Positions 27,057-38,240 of a stretch of 62,221 nt of DNA are shown piece after piece (position 1 is the first letter of the stretch; every line of letters starts with the position of its first letter). The notes beneath the pieces are model-generated. The model worked only from the letters and a program-made list of their open reading frames with translations, was not told the origin of the DNA and did no database searches. The DNA is from Candidatus Poribacteria bacterium (GTDB lineage Bacteria; Poribacteria; WGA-4E; WGA-3G). Where the stretch lies: assembly GCA_012271015.1 (NCBI GenBank), contig JAAXHD010000427.1:1-62221 (forward strand). The letters are read 5' to 3'. A program made the position numbers and the translations under genes.

Positions 27057-27698
27057 ATGCGAAACATCAAATATAGACTTTCGCTCTGCAAGGGACGCTT
27101 GCAAACGGCTCGCTATATGACTTTATATGGCTGCTGCTTTGTTTTAATGAGTACCTGCCTCAGTAGTGCTTTCGCCGCTGAAGCTCCTGCCGGCGAAGGT
27201 GGGCTTTTGGCACTGCTCGGCATCGATCCGAAGACGATTATCATCCAAGCCATCGGTTTCCTTGTTGTGCTCTTGGTGCTTTGGAAATTTGTCTTCGGCA
27301 AGGTAGGTGGACTTTTAGAGGAACGTCGCACTGAAATCGCTACGCAGTCGGAACAATTGAAGGCGGATCGAGAAGAGTTGGACCGACTCACCGCAGAGAC
27401 GCGCCAACGCTTAGCCGATATTGAGACTGAAGCACAAGCCAAAATCCAGGCGGCGATTGAACAGGGAAATGCTGAACGTCAGCAAATTCTCACGCAAGCG
27501 CGACAAGAGGCGGACGACGAAGTCGCAAGAGCCAGATCGGAAATTCAGCGTGAAAAGAACGAGGCGATCTCGGAACTGCGAGGTGTTGTCGCTGAACTCG
27601 CAATTGATGCCGCCAGCAAAATCATAAGTGAAGAACTCACTGCAGAGAGACATCAGCATATCATTGATGCATCTATTAGCAGGTTGCCAATTTCTTAA
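27057..27698 (+). CDS. atpF: F0F1 ATP synthase subunit b
   Basis: A single N-terminal TM helix, then a long charged coiled coil (LEERRTEIATQSEQLKADREEL...). The track start 26949 reads through the repeat element. ATG 27057 or 27117 is more plausible. Confidence 0.85.
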   Translation: MRNIKYRLSLCKGRLQTARYMTLYGCCFVLMSTCLSSAFAAEAPAGEGGLLALLGIDPKTIIIQAIGFLVVLLVLWKFVFGKVGGLLEERRTEIATQSEQLKADREELDRLTAETRQRLADIETEAQAKIQAAIEQGNAERQQILTQARQEADDEVARARSEIQREKNEAISELRGVVAELAIDAASKIISEELTAERHQHIIDASISRLPIS

Positions 27699-27889
27699 CT
27701 ATTAAATCTGGTCATCGTTCCTTTTGCAAGCCTATAGAGGCTTGCAGGACAATGTTTCACGATGGTTTTCGGTTAATTCCAACCGTCCCTGGATTCTGAA
27801 GGCTTCAGCGAACCCAATCCAGCTGCAACTTTACCAGAAACCTGCCCGAAACGAAGTGGAGGGCAGCCCAGTGGGACATAATTAGAAAT

Positions 27890-28432
27890 ATGAGAGACAT
27901 TCGGGTTGCAAAACCTTATGCACGCGCCCTATACGAGGCAGCGGTGGAACAGAACGTCTTGGTGCCTATCGTCGCAGATGTAGATAGACTGCGAGAGTTG
28001 ATTGAAGGGTCTGAGGAATTCACGCAGTTAATCCACAATCCTATTCTATCTCCGCAATTTAAGAGCGAGACGTTTCAGCAACTTTTCGCCGATGCGATGC
28101 AACCTCTGACGGTTAATTTTTTCCAACTCCTCGCGTTGAAGCAGCGTGAACGTTATCTCGTCGCGATAATGGATGTATTTTCAGCAATCGTTGACGAAGC
28201 TGCCGGTAGGCTCGTCGCAACAGTGACAACGGCTGTACCGATAACAGCGGAGCAAGAGGAAAGACTCGCGCAGCAGTTAAGCACGTATTCAGGAAAACAG
28301 GTGCGATTGGAAACCATAACTGACCCACAAATTCAGGGTGGATTCATCGTGCAGTTAGACGACACCGTTTTTGATGCAAGCGTTGCAACACAACTTCAAC
28401 GCTTGAAGCAACAACTTGCGAGGGGGTCTTAA
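27890..28432 (+). CDS. atpH: F0F1 ATP synthase subunit delta (OSCP)
   Basis: AKPYARALYEAA N-terminus and ...IQGGFIVQLDDTVFDASV C-terminus, typical of delta. Confidence 0.9.
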   Translation: MRDIRVAKPYARALYEAAVEQNVLVPIVADVDRLRELIEGSEEFTQLIHNPILSPQFKSETFQQLFADAMQPLTVNFFQLLALKQRERYLVAIMDVFSAIVDEAAGRLVATVTTAVPITAEQEERLAQQLSTYSGKQVRLETITDPQIQGGFIVQLDDTVFDASVATQLQRLKQQLARGS

Positions 28433-28435
28433 ACG

Positions 28436-28649
28436 AACCTCTAACTCACCTGACCGAACCGCAAGGAATAATTAAAAATGGGTTTGTGTATCTTGGAAGC
28501 GTGAACCACATTTGTAGCCTGCAACAATACGCAGAGACACTTTCTTCGCATTGGATTTCAGCGTTTGCAAAAACACGCAGGTGGATATACGGAGAGAAGA
28601 TCAAACCTCTAATTCACCTGACCGAACCGCAAGGAATAATTAAAAAATG
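28436..28649 (+). repeat. two direct copies of the leader repeat (28436-28480, 28604-28649) 168 bp apart
   Basis: aacctctaa[c/t]tcacctgaccgaaccgcaaggaataattaaaaa(a)tgg occurs twice. The second copy contains the atpA ATG; the first is followed by an 8-codon ORF. Confidence 0.9.
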
Positions 28650-30161
28650 GCAAGAGAAGTCCGACCGGACGAAATATCAAATATCCTTAAACAACAACTG
28701 CAACAGTTTGAACAGGACGTGGATGTCTATGACTCCGGCACGGTGCTGGAGGTAGGCGATGGCATCGCGCGGGTACATGGGCTTGCCAACGCTATGGCAA
28801 GTGAAATGATCGAATTTCCTAACGACATCTACGGCATCGCTTTCAACCTCGAAGAAGACAACGTCGGTTGTGTCCTGTTCGGAGAAGATCAGCTCATACA
28901 CGAAGGTGATACTGCCAAACGCACAGGACGGCTCCCCGAAGTCCCTGTAGGTGAAGCGCTTCTCGGACGAATTGTCGATGCACTCGGTCAACCTATTGAC
29001 GGCTTGGATGATATTGAAACAGAGCATCGACTTCCAGTCGAACAGAAAGGTCTCGGCATCGTCCAACGGCAACCGGTGAGCGAGCCTCTTTACACAGGTT
29101 TAAAAGCGATTGACAGCTTAACACCCATCGGGAGAGGGCAACGTGAACTGATTATTGGTGACCGTCGGACTGGCAAAACCGCTATTGCCTTGGATACCAT
29201 CTTGAGTCAGAAAGATACAGACGTTTATTGTATCTATGTCGCTATTGGTCAAAAAGGTTCCACTTTAGCACAAGTTGCAGCAACGCTTCGTGAGCATAAC
29301 GCGATGGAGTATACGACGATCGTCTCCGCGCCTGCAAGTGCACCGTCACCACTTCAGTACCTCGCCCCCTATTCTGGTACTGCAATGGGTGAATACTTCA
29401 GAGACAACGGTAAACACGCCGTCATTATCTATGATGACCTGACGAAGCACGCCTGGGCATACCGTCAAATGTCCTTGCTTTCACGAAGACCTCCAGGGAG
29501 GGAAGCCTATCCGGGTGATGTCTTCTACCTGCACTCGCGTCTGTTGGAACGCGCCGCGAAATTGAGCGATGAATTGGGTGGCGGTTCTCTCACTGCGCTG
29601 CCGATTATTGAAATCTTTGAAGGCGATTTGACGACCTATATCCCGACGAATGTAATCTCCATCACCGATGGACAGATATACCTCACAACTGACCTGTTTA
29701 ACCAAGGTGTGAGACCCGCGATTGATGTTGGTCTATCTGTTTCGCGAGTCGGCGGAGATGCGCAAGTGAGAGCCATGAAATCCGATGAGGTTGCGGGTAC
29801 CCTTAAATTGGATCTCGCGAGTTTCCGGGAAGTCGCTGCATTTGCGCAATTTGGATCGGATTTGGACGCGATGACACAATCCTTGCTTCTACGCGGCACG
29901 CGGCTTGTTGAATTGCTGAAACAACCCCAATATGAACCGATGTCTGTCGAGCGTGAAGTCGCCTCTATCTTCTGTGGCACCAACGGCTATCTCGACGATG
30001 TTGAGGAGACAGAAGTGGCAAGGTTTGAATCCGAATTTTTGCAATACCTTGACCGGAATCATCCTGAACTTCTCACAGAAGTCGCGGAAACGGGTTTGTT
30101 GGGTGATGAACTCCTGGAGACCTTACATGCTGCCGTGAAGACCTTCAAGGAAAATTTTTAA
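28647..30161 (+). CDS. atpA: F0F1 ATP synthase subunit alpha
   Basis: Walker A GDRRTGKT. Full-length similarity to alpha subunits. Confidence 0.97.
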   Translation: MAREVRPDEISNILKQQLQQFEQDVDVYDSGTVLEVGDGIARVHGLANAMASEMIEFPNDIYGIAFNLEEDNVGCVLFGEDQLIHEGDTAKRTGRLPEVPVGEALLGRIVDALGQPIDGLDDIETEHRLPVEQKGLGIVQRQPVSEPLYTGLKAIDSLTPIGRGQRELIIGDRRTGKTAIALDTILSQKDTDVYCIYVAIGQKGSTLAQVAATLREHNAMEYTTIVSAPASAPSPLQYLAPYSGTAMGEYFRDNGKHAVIIYDDLTKHAWAYRQMSLLSRRPPGREAYPGDVFYLHSRLLERAAKLSDELGGGSLTALPIIEIFEGDLTTYIPTNVISITDGQIYLTTDLFNQGVRPAIDVGLSVSRVGGDAQVRAMKSDEVAGTLKLDLASFREVAAFAQFGSDLDAMTQSLLLRGTRLVELLKQPQYEPMSVEREVASIFCGTNGYLDDVEETEVARFESEFLQYLDRNHPELLTEVAETGLLGDELLETLHAAVKTFKENF

Positions 30162-30265
30162 TTTTACCTTGCGGTTCGGTGAGGTGGGTTTGGCAAACGA
30201 AGTGCCTTTCCGTAGATCAGAAGAAACACCCCAGCAAAAACCCCTCCGCTACGCTTACGGGCTGC
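30158..30265 (-). repeat. full-length copy of the leader-repeat element in inverted orientation, overlapping the atpA stop codon
   Basis: The reverse complement aligns by eye with 50631-50743 (ggaggggtttttgctggggtgtttcttctgat[c/a]tacgga...ccacct[c/g]accgaaccgcaagg). Confidence 0.85.
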
Positions 30266-30361
30266 TGTTCGGTCTAAGGCTTTGGAATATTGTAGGTTGG
30301 GTTCAACGGAGTGAAACCCAACAAATGTAGGAGAGAACTTCGATTCCCCATAGTTAAAAAT

Positions 30362-31240
30362 ATGGCAACTTTACGAGAAATTCGACGGCGTATCGCCAGC
30401 ATTCAAAATATTGAGCAAGTCACCGATGCAATGCGCGTCGTGGCTGCTGCGCGGCTCCGCCGTGCCCAAGAGAATATTAATGCGACGCGTCCTTACGCCG
30501 ATAAACTCAACACGATCTTGGGACACCTCATCTCGCAGATGGATACTGAAAGTGAAGCACTGACGCACCCGTTGCTTGAAAGGCGTGAGATACAGCATGT
30601 CTGCATCATTTCCGTCTCCGCAGATCGAGGACTGTGTGGGAGTTTCAACAGTAACGTTATTCGAACAACGACACAACGCATAGAACATTATCAAGAGAGT
30701 GGCGCAGATGTAACGCTTATCTGTATCGGTAGACGATCGCAAGAGCATTTTGCTCGGCGTGGTTACGACATCACCGATGCCTACATCAATATTTTTCGCC
30801 AGCTTGAGTTCCAAACGGCTGTTGACGTTGTCCACGAATTTGAACATCTTTATACGGATGAAAGAATCGATAAAGTCGAGGTTATCTATAACAACTTTAG
30901 GTCCGCTATTCTTCAGACGGTGCTTGTTGAGCAGCTTCTCCCGTTAGAACCCGAAATCCCAGTGGGTGATGAACTCTTTCTGGATTATATTTATGAACCG
31001 GGACAAGTGGAACTCTTTGAAATGCTACTCGGCAAACACCTGAATATGCAAATGTGGAAAGTCCTTCTGGATTCCAACGCGGCGGAGCAAGCCGCGCGAA
31101 TGGCAGCGATGGAGAATGCCACACAGAAAGCAAAAGAATTAATCGATGAACTTATTCTCCAACGCAACAGGGCACGTCAAACACAGATCACGACAGAAAT
31201 TTCCGAGATTGTAAGTGGGGCAGCCGCACTGGAGGGTTAA
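30362..31240 (+). CDS. atpG: F0F1 ATP synthase subunit gamma
   Basis: MATLREIRRRIASIQNIEQVTDAMRVVAAARLRRAQ is the canonical gamma N-terminus. The track start 30311 lies in a REP-like hairpin. Confidence 0.93.
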   Translation: MATLREIRRRIASIQNIEQVTDAMRVVAAARLRRAQENINATRPYADKLNTILGHLISQMDTESEALTHPLLERREIQHVCIISVSADRGLCGSFNSNVIRTTTQRIEHYQESGADVTLICIGRRSQEHFARRGYDITDAYINIFRQLEFQTAVDVVHEFEHLYTDERIDKVEVIYNNFRSAILQTVLVEQLLPLEPEIPVGDELFLDYIYEPGQVELFEMLLGKHLNMQMWKVLLDSNAAEQAARMAAMENATQKAKELIDELILQRNRARQTQITTEISEIVSGAAALEG

Positions 31241-31406
31241 GGGTTTTTAAACTATCGGCCTCCGATCTGCCTTCTATTCCATTACGTGCGGGTTTCTGGT
31301 TAAGGCTCAACTGTATTTGAGAGTTTGGTGGAAACACTAAGTCCAGAACTGTAGCCTGCAACAACGGCGCAGGCGGATGAATGTCGATTAACGTTATTCG
31401 CTTAAT

Positions 31407-31442
31407 TTACCTGACCGAACCGCAAGGGAAAATTAAAAAATG
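31407..31442 (+). repeat. leader-repeat terminal copy supplying the start of the DUF1992 gene
   Basis: tttacctgaccgaaccgcaagggaaaattaaaaaATG. Confidence 0.85.
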
Positions 31443-31913
31443 CCTATCGATGTCAACAAACAGATTGAGGAAGCGATGGAACGTGGCGAATTCACAAATT
31501 TGCCCGGCAAAGGTAAACCACTCAAATTAGACACGAATCCTTATCTCACACCCCAGACACGAATGGTGAACCGACTCCTGAAAGAGAACGGATTCGCGCC
31601 ACGGTGGGTTGAATTAGAAAAAGAAATCAAGGAAAAAAAAGCACAACTTGAAAGAATCCTCATAAACCTAAAAGCCCGACGAGAACGGTTGTCGTCTATC
31701 GTCCAACAATATCCACATCGGCGTGAGGTCATCAGTCAGACTTTTGAACAGGAACGGGCTCGCGCTATGGCACAATACAGTGAAAAACTCGAAAACTTGA
31801 ATCGGAAAATTCAACGCGTGAATCTCCTCATGCCAACCCGAAATCGGCAATACGCGTTAATCAATCAGGCACAGGCACTCGCCCACTTCCAGGAGGCGTG
31901 TCCAAGTCTCTGA
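31440..31913 (+). CDS. DUF1992 (DnaJC28-like) domain protein inserted between atpG and atpD
   Basis: GEFTNLPGKGKPLKLDTNPY...RLLKENGFAPRWVELEKEI matches the DnaJC28 conserved domain pattern from memory. Confidence 0.75.
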   Translation: MPIDVNKQIEEAMERGEFTNLPGKGKPLKLDTNPYLTPQTRMVNRLLKENGFAPRWVELEKEIKEKKAQLERILINLKARRERLSSIVQQYPHRREVISQTFEQERARAMAQYSEKLENLNRKIQRVNLLMPTRNRQYALINQAQALAHFQEACPSL

Positions 31914-32000
31914 CTATTCATAGAATGGTGCAGTATTTATCTCTGGTGCGAAACAGAAATGCCAGGAAATTTGAGTGTAACTAAAGGTCAACGACTCTGA

Positions 32001-33428
<1,428 letters not shown>

Positions 33429-33430
33429 TA

Positions 33431-33487
33431 GTTATCAGTTATCGGTTATCAGTTATTGGTTTGTAGGGGCATTCCTTGTGGATGCCC
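33431..33487 (+). repeat. GTTATCR heptamer array followed by a GTAG-headed REP-like hairpin
   Basis: gttatca gttatcg gttatca gttattg (33431-33458), then GTAG-GGGCAT-tccttgtgg-ATGCCC (33463-33487). Confidence 0.85.
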
Positions 33488-33547
33488 GCAAACTCACTGA
33501 TCACAGTGCCCAAGTAATTCTAAAATCTATCATAAAACAGAGTAGAC

Positions 33548-33955
33548 ATGCTAAACAGAAGTTTTCATCTTGAAATTCGGACACCGGAACAGCTGGTTTA
33601 CGAAGGCGATGTGACGAGCGTTAACGCACCGGGAGTTGAAGGCAACTTTCAGATTCTCGCCGGACACATTCCGTTTCTGACCGCCTTGGAGGTCGGTGAG
33701 ATCCGCGTTCGTGAATCGGAAACACCGCAGTTAATGGCGACAAGCGGCGGTGTCTTTGAGGTGCTCCGTACAGGTGTCACTGTCTTAGTTGAAACCGCGG
33801 AATGGGCATCGGAAATCGATGTAGAGCGTGCTGAAAACGCGCTCGCCCGCGCAGAAGCACAACTCACAGCAAATGCACCGGATCTGAATCGTCCGCGGGC
33901 AGAAGCGGCACTCGCCCGCGCACAAAACCGAATCAAAGTCGCAAGTAATTTGTAA
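33548..33955 (+). CDS. atpC: F0F1 ATP synthase subunit epsilon
   Basis: Beta-sandwich N-terminus (GNFQILAGHIPFLTAL) and a helical Ala/Arg-rich C-terminus. Confidence 0.9.
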   Translation: MLNRSFHLEIRTPEQLVYEGDVTSVNAPGVEGNFQILAGHIPFLTALEVGEIRVRESETPQLMATSGGVFEVLRTGVTVLVETAEWASEIDVERAENALARAEAQLTANAPDLNRPRAEAALARAQNRIKVASNL

Positions 33956-34011
33956 TCACACTTCTCCCAATTCCCTGATAGGCGTGCTTTGTAATTGCGT
34001 CTTTTTCTGAA

Positions 34012-34182
34012 TCAGGATTTATCAGATGTGATAAAAACATCAAACTCAGCTGAGGCTTTTCGCAAGAGTTCTCCATTTTTTAAACCTTTCCACCCCTGAT
34101 ATCCAACTGTGACAACTTCAATGGGAGCTGCGAAAAGTTGTCTCAGTCTCTAAGGTAGATGCTCATCAAGCAACACGCGCAT
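34012..34182 (-). pseudogene. remnant of a small PIN-like (DUF5615-type) toxin gene with in-frame TAG and C-terminal truncation
   Basis: Translates MRVLLDEHLP-TAG-RLRQLFAAPIEVVTVGYQGWKGLKNGELLRKASAEFDVFITSDKS-stop. The TAG is at 34150-34152. The pattern MxxLLDENLP...GxKNGELL...FDVFxTxD is recalled for this family. Confidence 0.45.
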
Positions 34183-34244
34183 CAGCCGAATGCTGTGTGC
34201 TGTTCGGTGTCGATTCGACGCTTTGTAAGCGCACCTGATCATCC

Positions 34245-35069
34245 TCACACCGTCAGTGTAACCTCATCCTGCTTCACAATTTCCTTGATATGTCCATATC
34301 CCGTAGATTCTACCAATTCCAACGTCTCTGGAGATAACCGATTCAGAATAGGTTCCGGAAAGTTATGTTTACCGGTGTATTGGGGGAAATACCGCAAGAC
34401 GAGAAACCGTCGATCCCGATCCTTCGGTTTCCAACGCAGTACACCGTGCGTCAGTAACTCCGAAATAATTACGATGTCGCCCGCCTTTGGTGTAATATTG
34501 ATGAAAACGGGATCGTCAAGTGGATCGATGCCATCCTCTTCGTCAAGTGTCAGTAGCTGCTCTGGTCGCTTAAATTCGCTCTTATGCGAACCCGGAATTA
34601 CGATAAGTCCACCATCTCCCGGATAGACATCCGTAAAATACGGGAAACAGACGAAGTTATCACAGTAGATACGTCCGTTATCAATTTCATAGCGAGTGCT
34701 ATACCATCCGTAATCGTCACGAGCGCAGTGTAATCCACCCGGATTCACTGTCGCCCGCTCTCCCGCTTCCCACAAATCGTGCCTGTCGTGTTTCAGAGAT
34801 CCTCTACCGAATCGTGGCTGATTGTCTGTTAGTTCTTTGATAATCGGCCATATCGCTTTGTGCACCGTTAAACGTTCAAGCGATTTATCAAAGGCGAATC
34901 CGTGCTGGTGAAGTCCCTGTATCTCAAAGCCTGGAGGCAGTTCATCGGAAGGTGTCATGATATATCTATCAACTGCCTCAGCCGCCTCTGCTAACGCATC
35001 GCCGGTGATAACATTTTCCAAGTGAAGGTATCCGGTTACATCAAATAGATAGCGTTGTTTCGGTGTCAT
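34245..35069 (-). CDS. phytanoyl-CoA dioxygenase (PhyH) family protein
   Basis: QRYLFDVTGYLHLENV N-terminus and the PGSHK motif. ATG 35069 follows the leader repeat. The track N-terminus (MKWKADLRNVKTTKPPNRTARKIRK) is a translation of the repeat. Confidence 0.8.
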   Translation of the reverse strand: MTPKQRYLFDVTGYLHLENVITGDALAEAAEAVDRYIMTPSDELPPGFEIQGLHQHGFAFDKSLERLTVHKAIWPIIKELTDNQPRFGRGSLKHDRHDLWEAGERATVNPGGLHCARDDYGWYSTRYEIDNGRIYCDNFVCFPYFTDVYPGDGGLIVIPGSHKSEFKRPEQLLTLDEEDGIDPLDDPVFINITPKAGDIVIISELLTHGVLRWKPKDRDRRFLVLRYFPQYTGKHNFPEPILNRLSPETLELVESTGYGHIKEIVKQDEVTLTV

Positions 35070-35132
35070 TTTTCTAATTTTCCTTGCGGTTCGGTTAGGT
35101 GGTTTGGTGGTTTTCACGTTCCGTAGATCCGC
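35070..35132 (-). repeat. leader-repeat copy supplying SD/start context of the PhyH gene
   Basis: The minus strand reads ggatctacggaacgtgaaaaccaccaaaccacctaaccgaaccgcaaggaaaattagaaaaATG. Confidence 0.85.
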
Positions 35133-35200
35133 TTTCCACTTCATTCCGAGCTACGCGCTATTTTAACTCAAAGGAGCGCGAACCGAGCGCGCTCCTATAA

Positions 35201-35252
35201 GCGACCGCTGAAAGGATTTTTTTGTAAAAAATCCGCTCTGACCGCTGACAGC
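35201..35252. repeat. heptamer-array element (GACCGCT units around an A/T palindrome)
   Basis: gcgaccgctgaaaggatttttttgtaaaaaatccgctctgaccgctgacagc. Its reverse complement matches the core of 37205-37260. Confidence 0.8.
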
Positions 35253-35255
35253 TAT

Positions 35256-36143
35256 TCATAGTGCCATGTCGAACTTCGTGCCGGTTACGTTGCCTTTGAC
35301 GTAAGCCTCACGGAAGAGCGTCTGGCGTTTCGGTGGCATTTCGTCAAGTTGTGCCTGTGGTGGCTTTGAAAGACTCCACCGTTTGTCTACCGAGTTATAA
35401 GCGTTGAAAACAGCGACTCGGTCGGTGTCAGGATTTTGCCACGGCTGTCCGCTATGCGTGATTGCCTCTGTGAAGATGATGACAGATCCAGCTGGACAGG
35501 AATAGGTATCCCAGAACTCCCAATCTTGTGTATGGGCACCTTCTGGAGCCGTATAAGCCGCCTTGTGGCTTCCTGTAATGAACATCGTGCCGCCATCACC
35601 CTTCTCCACGGGGTTAAGTTCCCAGACAACACGCGTCAAACCGCTGTAAGCTTGACCGGGAAGGCATGAATACTGATGACAGTCTCCCGGCATACGTAAC
35701 ATACCATTGCCGTTATGGGCATGGAATTTGAAAGGCATTTCGTCCGTTGTGGAGCGCAGTGCCAAAAAGCTCATCTCCATGCGGAATCCGTAACAGGTAT
35801 CCGATGCGAGATAGGACGACGCGAGAAATTCGTTTCCGAATGCCACGACGACAGGATGGTCTGTCAATGTCTCCAAAGGACCCCCGTAGGTTGAGCGATG
35901 GTGTTGGGGAATCGTTTCGGGGTCGTGCTTTAATCGGTAACAGAAATCGCGCATCTTCTTGATCTCTGACTCCGTCAGGACCCCTGGAAACAAAAGCCAA
36001 CCGTTCTTATCAAACAGATATTTCTGTTCCTGTGTTAGAGGAACAACCGATTTGCCATCAGCATTTGTTTGCGTGAGATCCTCAGGTGCTGTTCCCAACG
36101 GACTTCCTAAGTCTTTGTTAAATTTACCTAACTGTTCCACCAC
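35256..36143 (-). CDS. phytanoyl-CoA dioxygenase (PhyH) family protein
   Basis: QKYLFDKNGWLLFPGVL and ITGSHKA. GTG start preceded by GGGAGG. Confidence 0.8.
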   Translation of the reverse strand: MVEQLGKFNKDLGSPLGTAPEDLTQTNADGKSVVPLTQEQKYLFDKNGWLLFPGVLTESEIKKMRDFCYRLKHDPETIPQHHRSTYGGPLETLTDHPVVVAFGNEFLASSYLASDTCYGFRMEMSFLALRSTTDEMPFKFHAHNGNGMLRMPGDCHQYSCLPGQAYSGLTRVVWELNPVEKGDGGTMFITGSHKAAYTAPEGAHTQDWEFWDTYSCPAGSVIIFTEAITHSGQPWQNPDTDRVAVFNAYNSVDKRWSLSKPPQAQLDEMPPKRQTLFREAYVKGNVTGTKFDMAL

Positions 36144-36197
36144 AAATTCCTCCCTTTCTAACTGCCTGTGGGGCAGAATACACTCGCTGATGCAAGA

Positions 36198-37181
36198 CTA
36201 ATGAATCTTTGCCCCTGTGAAATAGTCTGGGTTTGCTCCCATTTTTTCTAAAAGCGGTGCGGTTACTGTGTCAAGACTCTCAATGACATCAGCGGACGGC
36301 GTGTATTCAGCAACGTGCAGGTTTTGGGTCAGTTCATTTATGTTTCGGGTACCAACGAGCATACAGGTGATACCGGGGCGTGCCATCGCCCAAGCAATAG
36401 CCAGTCGGCTCATCGGGATCTGTTCGGCTTCCGCGATGTGTCGAATAGCCTCTAAGGTCTCAAACATTTCTTCTTCGGCACCTGCCTCGCCGTGCGAAGC
36501 CTGCGCCCGGTCCTCTCGAAAATGGCGAAATCGAGAATGCACCGGTGGTATCTCCTCCGCGCTTTTGTACTGCCCCGTCAAAATTCCCTGTAGCAGGGGC
36601 ATATACCCCAAAATACCGACGTTATGCTCTCGGCACAGCGGAAGCAATTCCGGTTCTATTGCCCGCGACAAAAGATTATAGCAAAGTTGATTCACAGCAA
36701 TTGTCGCACCCGTGTTGAGAGCCGCTGTGAGTTGCTCCACTCCGAAGTTGCTTACACCGATGGCACGGATGAGCCCATCCTCTTGCAAGCGTGTTAATTC
36801 AGCCATGCTTTCTTCGATGGCAATATCGTCGTCGGGCCAATGAATCATATAGATGTCAACATGATCTGTTTGCAACCGACTGAGACTCGCTTCGCAGTGT
36901 TCCCGTATCGTAGCAGGATCGGGTCTGCTTACCTTTGTGCCGATGACTGCTTCGTGCCTTCTACCGTTCAGTGCGACGGCGAGTGCCTCCTCGCTTCGTC
37001 CTTCGTTATATCCTTCCGCTGTATCGAAAAAATTGATGCCAGCGTCCAATGCGGCGTTGGCAACAGTGGTAACGTCTGATTGTGCCTGCGGTCCCCAGTA
37101 GTCGCCACCACCGTATGACCAGCATCCAATCCCCATCGTTGAGATTTCAATTCCAGATTTTCCACACGTCCGCATCTCCAT
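36198..37181 (-). CDS. aldo/keto reductase
   Basis: GIGCWSYGG...INFFDTAEGYNEGRSEE...IGVSNF pattern. Confidence 0.9.
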   Translation of the reverse strand: MEMRTCGKSGIEISTMGIGCWSYGGGDYWGPQAQSDVTTVANAALDAGINFFDTAEGYNEGRSEEALAVALNGRRHEAVIGTKVSRPDPATIREHCEASLSRLQTDHVDIYMIHWPDDDIAIEESMAELTRLQEDGLIRAIGVSNFGVEQLTAALNTGATIAVNQLCYNLLSRAIEPELLPLCREHNVGILGYMPLLQGILTGQYKSAEEIPPVHSRFRHFREDRAQASHGEAGAEEEMFETLEAIRHIAEAEQIPMSRLAIAWAMARPGITCMLVGTRNINELTQNLHVAEYTPSADVIESLDTVTAPLLEKMGANPDYFTGAKIH

Positions 37182-37204
37182 TTTTCAGCCTCCATGATGT
37201 AGGG

Positions 37205-37330
37205 CGATCAGCAGTCAGGTCGGATTTTTCCAAAAAATCCTTTCAGCAGTCAGCGGTCAGTGCTTGGAAGGAAGGACTTCCAGTCTTTCCCTCTTTGCTG
37301 ATGGCTGACTGCTATTCCGCTGATGGCTAA
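37205..37330. repeat. heptamer-array hairpin element
   Basis: Left arm cagcagtcagcggtcag versus right arm gctgatggctgactgctattccgctgatggc. It shares cctctttgctgatggctga with 51297-51316. Confidence 0.8.
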
Positions 37331-37339
37331 TATTACGGC

Positions 37340-38176
37340 CTATGCCAATTCCGCGCAGAGTTCCGTAACCAGCTGTGCGTTCTGACCGATCTGATCGCCA
37401 AATTGTTGATACATACCGAGCAAAAGTGGGTCAATCGGCTTAGTGTTTTCTATCGCGAATTTCACCTCTTCCCGAATCTGATCTGGATTTCCGATGGTTC
37501 TGCCTGCTGCAAGGACCTTGAAGATGAGGCACGGCTTATCTGTGCGCTGTATTGCTTTACACATTTCATCGCGATCCTCGCGCGCGTAAATTTCGCCCAG
37601 AGCCGCGTAGCCGAATTTCTCCCTAAATTTTTCGGCACCGCCGTGAAGATTGTAAAGTCCAGTCATGTAATAGTCTATATCCCAATCCTCGTCTTCAGCG
37701 ATATGCAGGAGTCTCGGATCATGGACGGATAAGCCAACGAGAGTTCCGGTATCACGGACCCGTTTGAGAATGTCTTGCAGGTGATCGAGTCTGTTTTCGC
37801 GTAAGCACCTGTGACCAACGCCACCACCGTGTGGTGCCATACCGAACGGGTCGTGCTTTGCCGCTTCAAAAACAGCGTCCGGTTCCTCATACCAAAGTCC
37901 ACCCGGACTGAGACAGAACCAGTTCAATGTACCACCTTCGTTTCGGTACCGCTGCAAGTCGGAGAGCGAGCGTTCCGTTAGGCTATTCTGCCACGCATTA
38001 AGTCCTGCCTCTTCTGCCCGCTTCAGCGTTGCCACAACTCGTTCGGGGGTATGGTATTCCTGCTGATGCTGCGAGAGGAGTTGGTTGAAGTGGGAATAGC
38101 CATAGATCGGATTATCCCCAATCACCAGTTTACTGATTTGATGTCCACAAAACGAGATTTTCGGTAAGGTTGTCAT
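37340..38176 (-). CDS. conserved hypothetical protein (AKR/TIM-barrel-like N-terminus; function unknown)
   Basis: Long ORF with coding-like composition. No motif recognised with certainty. Confidence 0.6.
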   Translation of the reverse strand: MTTLPKISFCGHQISKLVIGDNPIYGYSHFNQLLSQHQQEYHTPERVVATLKRAEEAGLNAWQNSLTERSLSDLQRYRNEGGTLNWFCLSPGGLWYEEPDAVFEAAKHDPFGMAPHGGGVGHRCLRENRLDHLQDILKRVRDTGTLVGLSVHDPRLLHIAEDEDWDIDYYMTGLYNLHGGAEKFREKFGYAALGEIYAREDRDEMCKAIQRTDKPCLIFKVLAAGRTIGNPDQIREEVKFAIENTKPIDPLLLGMYQQFGDQIGQNAQLVTELCAELA

Positions 38177-38240
38177 TGCTTATCCTCCAATAATGAAGTG
38201 CGTGACGCTAAAACGAACTAACAGTGAACGAACCGAGTGT

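Noticed and set aside
28486-28755. 89-aa ORF spanning the atpH-atpA spacer and the atpA start
   Set aside because: It reads through the repeat element in a different frame from atpA and has no SD. The atpA start at 28647 is well supported.
35070-35144. N-terminal 25 residues of track ORF 34245-35144 (MKWKADLRNVKTTKPPNRTARKIRK)
   Set aside because: This is a translation of the leader repeat. The ATG at 35069 has the same repeat-derived context as atpA and the DUF1992 gene. Similar repeat-derived or upstream N-terminal extensions were trimmed for 26949 (atpF), 30311 (atpG), 4069 (permease B1) and 12994 (sigma).
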